Shown here one piece after another: positions 57,047 to 64,000 of a DNA stretch of 64,000 nucleotides. The stretch comes from Massalongia carnosa (Eukaryota). The stretch is taken from assembly GCA_965645245.1 (NCBI GenBank), contig OZ287073.1, forward strand, positions 372,001 through 436,000, in the 5' to 3' direction. The stretch's first letter is position 1; every line of letters begins with the position of its first letter. The notes beneath the pieces were generated by a model. The model was given only the letters and a program-made list of their open reading frames with translations. It was not told the DNA's origin and made no database searches. Position numbers and translations under genes: made by a program.

Positions 57047-58049
57047 TAGCCTTGGCCTTTCAAGGTCCATCTCACCTAACATAGGCGGCCCAGAAACATT
57101 TGATGCCGCAATGCTTTTCTGTGAAAATGATCTTCGAGTCGATGATACCATAAGTGCTTGCGCTCTCATCGGAGTTTGAGATAATGCAGGACAGCCTATT
57201 AACGTAGTTGGATGTTGCACTCGGTTATGGGTAAAATCTGAAGGTACGGAGTACCTTCAGATTCAGCCTTTTCCTACCCTCCAAGCCAAAATTGATAGTT
57301 TCTTTCAGTACGTCACTGTGTAGTCCACTCCATTACCAGCGAATCTGGGTATCTGTAACCACGTCTTCTAAATAAACCCCTTCTGACCCTCTTGCTTCCC
57401 TTCCCCCAGGCCTGCCCTCTACTACTGTAAAAAATTGCTCTACGCCTCACAATGCACCTCCAAATGCCATGACCCAAGAATTTATCAGTGTGTGCATTGT
57501 TGCGTAGAGAGCTTTCAATGATACATATCCTTTTACTTTATAAATACCTCATTAAATTTAGCCTACATGGTTAAGATCAACGCTCGACGGCTGTAATAGT
57601 GCAAAACATCTACGAAGTACATTTACTCATATATAAACGTCTCCGACGTAAGTGATTCAACTTAACCTGGTGGCTAGACTAATTCTGAAAAGTCATTGAC
57701 GTTTTAAATTTTTCGAGAACAAGAATGTCACGGTTCTATCCGACGCAACCTCGGTCATTCGAATATAACTCGGCTTTCGATACTCGAATAAATTCGGCAC
57801 CGTCTAAGGCAACTGCAGATGAGGCAATTCCGATTTCTTTGCAACAGTTACGAGGCGACGCGTGAAGCTTTCATTGCGACTACACCACAGGAGTAATAGC
57901 GCGAAAGAGGATATGGATAAACGTTTCAGTGCACCAAAGATTTTATGAATTATTATATTTCTATTTGAACAGGCCCGCCTTTCACTGATAGAATGACTTT
58001 ATCATGCCGCTCAACCCCTTCAACCATGTTTGAAAGGACTCAATCGGGT

Positions 58050-58975
58050 TCACTGAGAGATCATGCGGGTAAGAGCCGAAGTAATGCGATCCATGGTCAT
58101 CTTGACTTCTCGGAATCTCGAAATGCCGCATGACTCACTCTCGACATGTTGCACCAGTCCGCTAAAAAGAGTAAACTTGGTGGCGCACTTAGGACACTTG
58201 TACATCTTCTGTTCGTGCACCGGGCTCTTCAGATGCTGGTTCAAGGCTGGAAGAGTTCGGAACTCGCGAGGGCAAAAATAACACTCATAGGCCCGGCCAT
58301 TCCAAGCGGCAGTGGTGGCCCAGGTATCATCAACTCGTCCGTTCGCGCTGGGATAGGTAAGCAGGCGCTCCGTGATGAGGTGATCCGTGTCGCGGCTGCG
58401 GATTGTGTCGTTGACTGCTTGACGATCAACGCCAGACACGCAGGTTCCGGATTCGAGATGGATCGTCATGGCGGAGATTGTGGGGAATAGTCGAGTGCAA
58501 CCTACGCATCTAACTGTATGACCGACATGGATGGCTGAGCGAAGATGCTATTTGAAGAATAGCCTGTTAAGCTTCGTGCTATCTTGTTGAAGGAGATGGA
58601 ATGACTGACCGCACTGAGATTGCTTGCACTTGAGAATTCTCTCTTGCAAGGACCGCAGTAGTAATGAGCCGAGCTTTCCACATAGTGTTCTCGCAGCATG
58701 GGCTCCGAGTCGACAAAGACATTGCATCGTGAGCAGTGCCAATGATATTGTTCGATATGCTCGGAGAGATCATCGATATCACCAAAATCCGATCCACACC
58801 GACCGCAAATATTGTGGTTCGAACTTGTCCGCTGGTGCTGTGCTAGAGCCGAATCGGTGACAAAGTCGCGTTGACAAACCAAGCAGTAATTATGAATGTA
58901 AGCGTTGACAAGATGTTGTATCAATGCTTGATTGTGTGCAAAGCTCCGCTGACATTTCCCACACCAGAAACCCAT
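58050..58975 (-). CDS. Multi-C2H2 zinc-finger protein, at least 2 exons
   Basis: Repeated CxxC-x12-HxxxH motifs, HLESGTC, HLKSPVH, HVESESC. An intron at ~58609-58550 joins the two ORFs. Confidence 0.88.
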
Positions 58976-59162
58976 TTTCTGCAACTTTTCTCCAAAGAAT
59001 TTAACAAGATTGAAGTATTACGAGGAGAGATCAGCGTTGTTGGGTCTTCGTCCAACTCGTTGAAATGGGCCGAGTAACCTCGGCAAGTGCCGCAAGGAAC
59101 TAGTCAGAAAGAAAAGGAATTTTACTCTCGAACGTTTGTCAGGGATTGAAACTCAAACATGA

Positions 59163-59462
59163 TGTTAAAACGCGCAACCGATGCCAGGTGCCGAAACCAA
59201 CTGACAAGGCAGTTTACATCGACGTCGGTGCCGATGGCAAATATGCAAGAAGTCAGAAATTGCATCGAAAAAGGCAATCCATGAGATGAAAATGAAAGCT
59301 TCTGAAATGACTGATGAACGGGCATAGATAGGAGAAGTTTTCCCTACGTAGTGATAAAAGTAAATCGTTTCTCCCAGTCTCTTTTGCATGTGAAAAACTC
59401 GTTTGTCGAACTATCTATACCAATTGCCCAGTCCTACCATTCTACCTGTTGCAGTCACAGTT
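59163..59462 (-). repeat. Diverged homolog of the 3' segment (28443-28758) of the Fot1/pogo element
   Basis: Shared blocks AACTGTGACTGCAACAGG, TAGTTCGACAAACGAGTT, GGGAGAAACGATT, CACTACGTAGGG, ATTTCTGACTTC, TGGCATCGGTTGC. Confidence 0.85.
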
Positions 59463-60969
59463 TCAACACATAACAATTCACCAATTAATGGTAGAGCTTT
59501 CGCAGCTGAGGCCTGAGGATCAAGCCCGGAGACCGTAGAGCGGAGGTAGCAGAGCTGAATTCCTTAAATGTTCGCCATGAATTCGATATTCTTTCAAATT
59601 CTATGCAGCTTAGCGAGAATTGACTCCTCGAATATCATCTCGGCTTCAAACTGAGCGTTAACCACAATTCTCAACGCACTTGGCTTCTTAGCAACATCCA
59701 TCATACTTCTTTCTAGCAACCGGCACTATCTATCATCAATGCATTATTCCCGTAAACTCATCGGCTCGACAAACGACCCGCTCAATCCTGCTTTTCGGAT
59801 CATATATTTTGACGATGACTCTGCTATCCTGGTTTGCGCATGGCCCGCCATCCTACCTTCTGAGAAATATGGAACCTCACCATCAGGCTAGAACGATTTC
59901 AATGACTTTGGGCCTTTTGCTCAAGCTTTCGCGCGAGCTTATCAAGACAACCCCGAAGCAATCCCTCAGGATCCTAACACTGATACCGTTCATACGCCCT
60001 AGCGTGATATTATCTATCAGTAATGGAATCATGTTTTTTTCGATGTAATGTAATTTCTTTCCGAAGCGGCGTGGGAAGTCGGGCATTTCAATCTGCCCAA
60101 TCATGACGTTTTCGCTCTGAACCTCACTGCAAGGGAGGGGAAGAGAAATCGAAAGCGAATGTCGATATTATCAAAAGAAATAGGACACAAATGCGCTGAT
60201 TATTTCCACCTACCTGACTTCTGGCGCGATTGTGCGAGTCATGGTACGCAATCGCGCCGTACAAGATGGAGCTTTCTTGGACGCAAGGAAGGAAATGGCG
60301 TCGACAAAAGGTCAAGAGGCTGTAAGCTCAGAGGCGGAGGAATATCAATAAAAGAGAAAGAAGCGAAGAATGACGACACGGAAGAATTGATCGGGATCTT
60401 CGACAAAGAGAATACGGCGGAGATCTGGTAAATTCGCAAATACGTTGAGATTGAAATGCACGTCGAAAGTGAGGGTGAGAAGGCGAAGGAAGAGGACAAG
60501 GTAGTCGGCATTCTGTGCTTGGGCGACCACATGTCCCAAGAACAGAGCGAGGAGGCGGCTGAAAAGGTAGAGAGTGGGATTGATAATAACTAGGAAAACA
60601 TCTTGAATGGAAATCAGGATGTGATGACGATACCAAGATAGGGCCGACAAAACAGACGAGGATGAGGTAAGCGATGATTGCGTGCATGAAATCGCAGGAT
60701 TTGTTGAACCCCTGCGGTTCTCACCGAGGGTGAGTAATGGCTTCTAAAATATTGGTTTTTCTAGTTCAATCGGCAAGAAGAGTCTAATAATCACGAGTTC
60801 AAGCAATATCTATCAGTACCTATCTTGTTGGTCTGCTTTCTAAGTTGTCTTATGCATATTCGAATCCTAACTCAATGATTATAATAATGATTTTCCGTTC
60901 ATAATCCGATATATCACCTCTCGTAGGCCGGTCCATGCGGGCAAAGTTGCTTAAGTTATGTTCCATGGA

Positions 60970-61284
60970 TACGCCGCGCAACGGGACGGGAATCTCCACT
61001 GAAAACCCAACTCGTTTGTGGCGAATGTAATGATTTTTTATGTTCGGGTTACACCGCGCAAAAACGGGTCGGGTTTCTCTACTGAAAACCCAACCCGTTT
61101 GTGACGAACCCTATGATTTTTGGTGTCCGGGTTGAGTTTTCCGAGAAAAGCCCGAAGGCAAAAAAGCAATTTTGTGGCGAAAAGCCAACCCGTTGCGCGG
61201 CGTAGTTCGGGTTGAGTTTTGAAAGAAAATCCCCAAGGCGAAAAAGCAATTTTGTGGCAAAAACCCAACCCGTTACGCGGCGTA
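60970..61284. mobile_element. hAT-type MITE with a same-family MITE nested at 61050-61204
   Basis: Outer TSD TCCATGGA/TACATGGA; inner TSD GTTCGGGT; TACGCCGCGCAA-type TIRs. Confidence 0.88.
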
Positions 61285-61394
61285 TACATGGAAACCCTTT
61301 CTAAATGTTAAATTTTTATTTTATTGTATTGATTAAAGTTGATAATTTAATTATTTTCTCAAGTTTTACCACAAAAATCGTTCAACTACCCAAA

Positions 61395-62042
61395 GCACAC
61401 CTATCAGGGTCCGACACCCCCCCCCCCAGCGAATCTCCGCGAAGTCTCCGTAGCAGCGTTTGCTCGTCAAAACACATGCGGACAATTAAAACACGACAGC
61501 TGAAAGTCTGGAACAACTCGTAGAGTGCATATCAAAATCGCGTCACCGAACCCTCCATAGCCCAATCAGTCCTACTGAGCAAAAAACCACTGAAAATATA
61601 CATGCCGCTAAAAAAGACAGAAAACGCCCTGACAACACAGATCCGCACCGGTAAGATTGGTCTAGCTGACTTCCTTTACCAGCGACGGGTCCCCGCCGTC
61701 ACCTCGCCGGCCTGCCTGTAACGGTTCGACCATGCGTGGTGCGGACGGCAGGACCTACAGCGAACATAGCAGGAGTCCCAGTTATAGTAGAATAGAGCTT
61801 AGTCTGCGGACTAAGTATTGTGCCTTTTGGTCGGGAAGGACAGGTGGCGCAATGGTAGAAATCTATTCACTATCTCGCTTCGTCACACTGCCCATGTGGC
61901 TAGCACAGACAAACTCCAGAACACGTAATCATGTTCTGTAGACTTATTAACAATAGAGAATAGATATTTCGCGCCGCTGGAACGAACAACTATTAACAGC
62001 TAACCAAAACATCAAAAACTCTAAAGATATTAACTGCTTGGC
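61395..62042 (+). pseudogene. LINE (Tad1-like) ORF2 C-terminal remnant
   Basis: TQIRTGKIGLADFLYQRRVP..AC/PCG*HRQTPEHVIMFC, a CCHC motif, after removing the solo LTR. Boundaries approximate. Confidence 0.8.
61717..61887. mobile_element. Solo LTR, 171 bp
   Basis: TGTAACGG..CGTCACA with TSD CTGCC; removal restores the LINE frame. Confidence 0.88.
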
Positions 62043-62953
62043 TACGCCGCGCAACGGGTTGGGTTTTCGCAACCGGGTTTTTCTTTCAAAACTCAACCCG
62101 GACACCAAAAATCATAGGGTTCGCCACAAATGGGTTGGGTTTTCAGTAGAGAAACCCGACCAGTCGGGTTTAGGTCGGGTATTCGGGTCGGGTTTTTTAT
62201 ATGGGTTTCCGGGTTAAACCGTTCAACACGGTCAGTTTTTTCTGCAAATTTCAATATGAAAATTCGACGAAAATATGACGTTTAAAGTGATAACTTTTTG
62301 CTTACTAATCATTATTTCTTGATAACTAATTTTCAGAACCTTCAAATGTGTTTAAAACGTCTAAAAAAACGGGTTTAAAATTTATATATAAAATCGACCG
62401 GGTCGAACGGGTCAAACGGGTTAACCCGAGAATAGTTCCCCAACCTATCGGGTTGAGCCCTACAGGTTCCCCAACCCGGTAGCGGGTCGGGCTCGACTAG
62501 ACAAAACCCGACCCCACCCGACCCGTTGCGTGGCGTAGCGCGGCGTACCTATATATAGTATAGTAAGCGGTAGTATCTCCATAGGAGAACTACCATAGTA
62601 GCCTTTTGGCTCAGTGGCTTAGGTGACTTATTACAATCCCTATTACAATTTGCTCGACAAAAAATATTTCGATAATTTTAATATATATATTTACGCCGCG
62701 CAACGGGTTGGGTCGGGTTTTCGGGTTAGGTTTGGGTTTTTTATGCGGATTTCCGGGTTAAACCCTTCAACCCGGTTAGTTTTCTCTGCAAATTAAATTT
62801 GAAAATTCGACGAAAATATAACGTTTAAATTGATATAAAAATTGCTTACTAATCATTATTTCTTGATGACTAATATTCAGAATTTTTAGAATTTTCAAAT
62901 GTGTTTAAAACGTTTAAAAAACACGTTTAAAATTGACATATAAAATCTACCGG
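62043..62953. mobile_element. Longer non-autonomous members of the TACGCCGCG-TIR (hAT-type) family (62043-62547, and 62692-62953 truncated)
   Basis: TIRs at 62043, ending 62537/62547, and at 62692; many CGGGT/ACCCG subterminal motifs; 62170-62400 repeats at 62710-62953. TSDs not resolved. Confidence 0.75.
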
Positions 62954-63204
62954 TGTCACGATTCTACACGGCACGACCTCGGCAATCGGCACCGCCTAGG
63001 GTAATATTAGATGGAACATGCAGGTACTTTCTATTTCGTTCCCGCAGCTACTAGAAGATTCCATGACGACTATACCATATGGGTACTAGCGCAGTAGAGC
63101 ATATATAGGAGCAGGTTCTGGTTGTCGATAGTCTTTTTCCTTCTTCATCTTTATTGTATTCGTTTCTAGTGTTCCTATGACTAGTCTCTAGATAGATCAT
63201 AACA
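62954..63204 (+). mobile_element. 5' LTR of a gypsy-type element continuing beyond the window
   Basis: TGTCACGAT..ATCATAACA termini, TATATA box, followed by TTACAATAAAGAT complementary to an LTR-internal sequence. A related LTR fragment starts at ~57726. Confidence 0.75.
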
Positions 63205-63279
63205 TTACAATAAAGATCGTCTTCATCTATTATCCTACGTGAGGGATGTAAAAGAACTCACCGAATCGAGGACTGAAGA

Positions 63280-64000
63280 AAGAACGACCCTTTCACTAGG
63301 CAAGTCGTACGAAACAGAACCAGAACCAGAACCAGAAGGCCGCCACCCCTACAGCGTGGCACCCAGACCCAGAACCCGAACCCAGAAGAACCATCCTCGG
63401 TGGCGGATGTAAAAGAAACCCACGTCGGAACGATAACGAGCGACCCTTTTACAAGGCCAGTCACCCAGAACCAGAACCAGAAGGCCGCCACCCCTACAGC
63501 GTGACACCCAGACCCAGAACCACTAGAACCAGAAGGCCGCCACCCCTACAGCGTGGCACCCGAACCCAGAAGAACCATCCTCGGTGGCGGATATAAAAGA
63601 AACCCACATCGGAACGACAACGAGCGACCCTTGCACTAGGCCAGTCACCCAGAACCAGAACCAGAAGGCCGCCACCCCTACAGCGTGGCACCCGAACCCA
63701 GAAGAACCATCCTCGGTGGCGGATGTAAAAGAAACCCATATCGGAACGACAACGAGCGACCCTTGCACTAGGCCAGTCACCCAGAACCAGAACCAGAAGG
63801 CCGCCACCCCTACAGCGTGGCACCCAGACCCAGAACCACTAGAACCAGAAGGCCGCCACCCCTACAGCGTGGCACCCGAACCCAGAAGAACCATCCTCGG
63901 TGGCGGATGTAAAAGAAACCCATATCGGAACGACAACGAGCGACCCTTGCACTAGGCCAGTCACCCAGAACCAGAACCAGAAGGCCGCCACCCCTACAGC
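63280..64000 (+). repeat. Compound tandem array (132-bp unit with ~53-bp and 6-bp sub-repeats)
   Basis: CCAGAACCAGAAGGCCGCCACCCCTACAGCGTGGCACCC..GAGCGACCCTTGCACTAGGCCAGTCAC repeated to the window end. Confidence 0.95.

Noticed and set aside
1..64000. Starship captain (DUF3435), amyloid signalling motifs, tRNA/rRNA genes
   Set aside because: Looked for by eye; none recognised in the window.

Overview
Filamentous-ascomycete genomic DNA, judged from short GT-AG introns with CTAAC/CTGAC branch points and fungal TE families. Two ordinary enzyme genes (an SDR and a GMC oxidoreductase) are followed by a ~58 kb TE-dense accessory region. Retroelements: a 5'-truncated Ty1/copia element whose gag and pol are separated by one TGA in a CARYYA readthrough context, an 891-bp TRIM, several solo LTRs and a LINE remnant. 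A four-layer nest consists of a Ulp1/C48 protease pseudogene containing a Fot1/pogo element, which contains two chromodomain Ty3/gypsy elements (one fully intact). Other DNA elements: an intron-containing pogo element, an internally deleted MULE, a DD34E Tc1 element and an hAT-type MITE family. Between the TEs lies a cluster of predicted nonself-recognition/cell-death genes. These are an NB-less TPR-array gene head-to-head with a HeLo-like/kinase-like gene, an apparently intact SesB-hydrolase/NB-ARC/TPR NLR, and a P-loop/patatin phospholipase gene. All calls come from reading the sequence and recognising motifs; no database searches were run.
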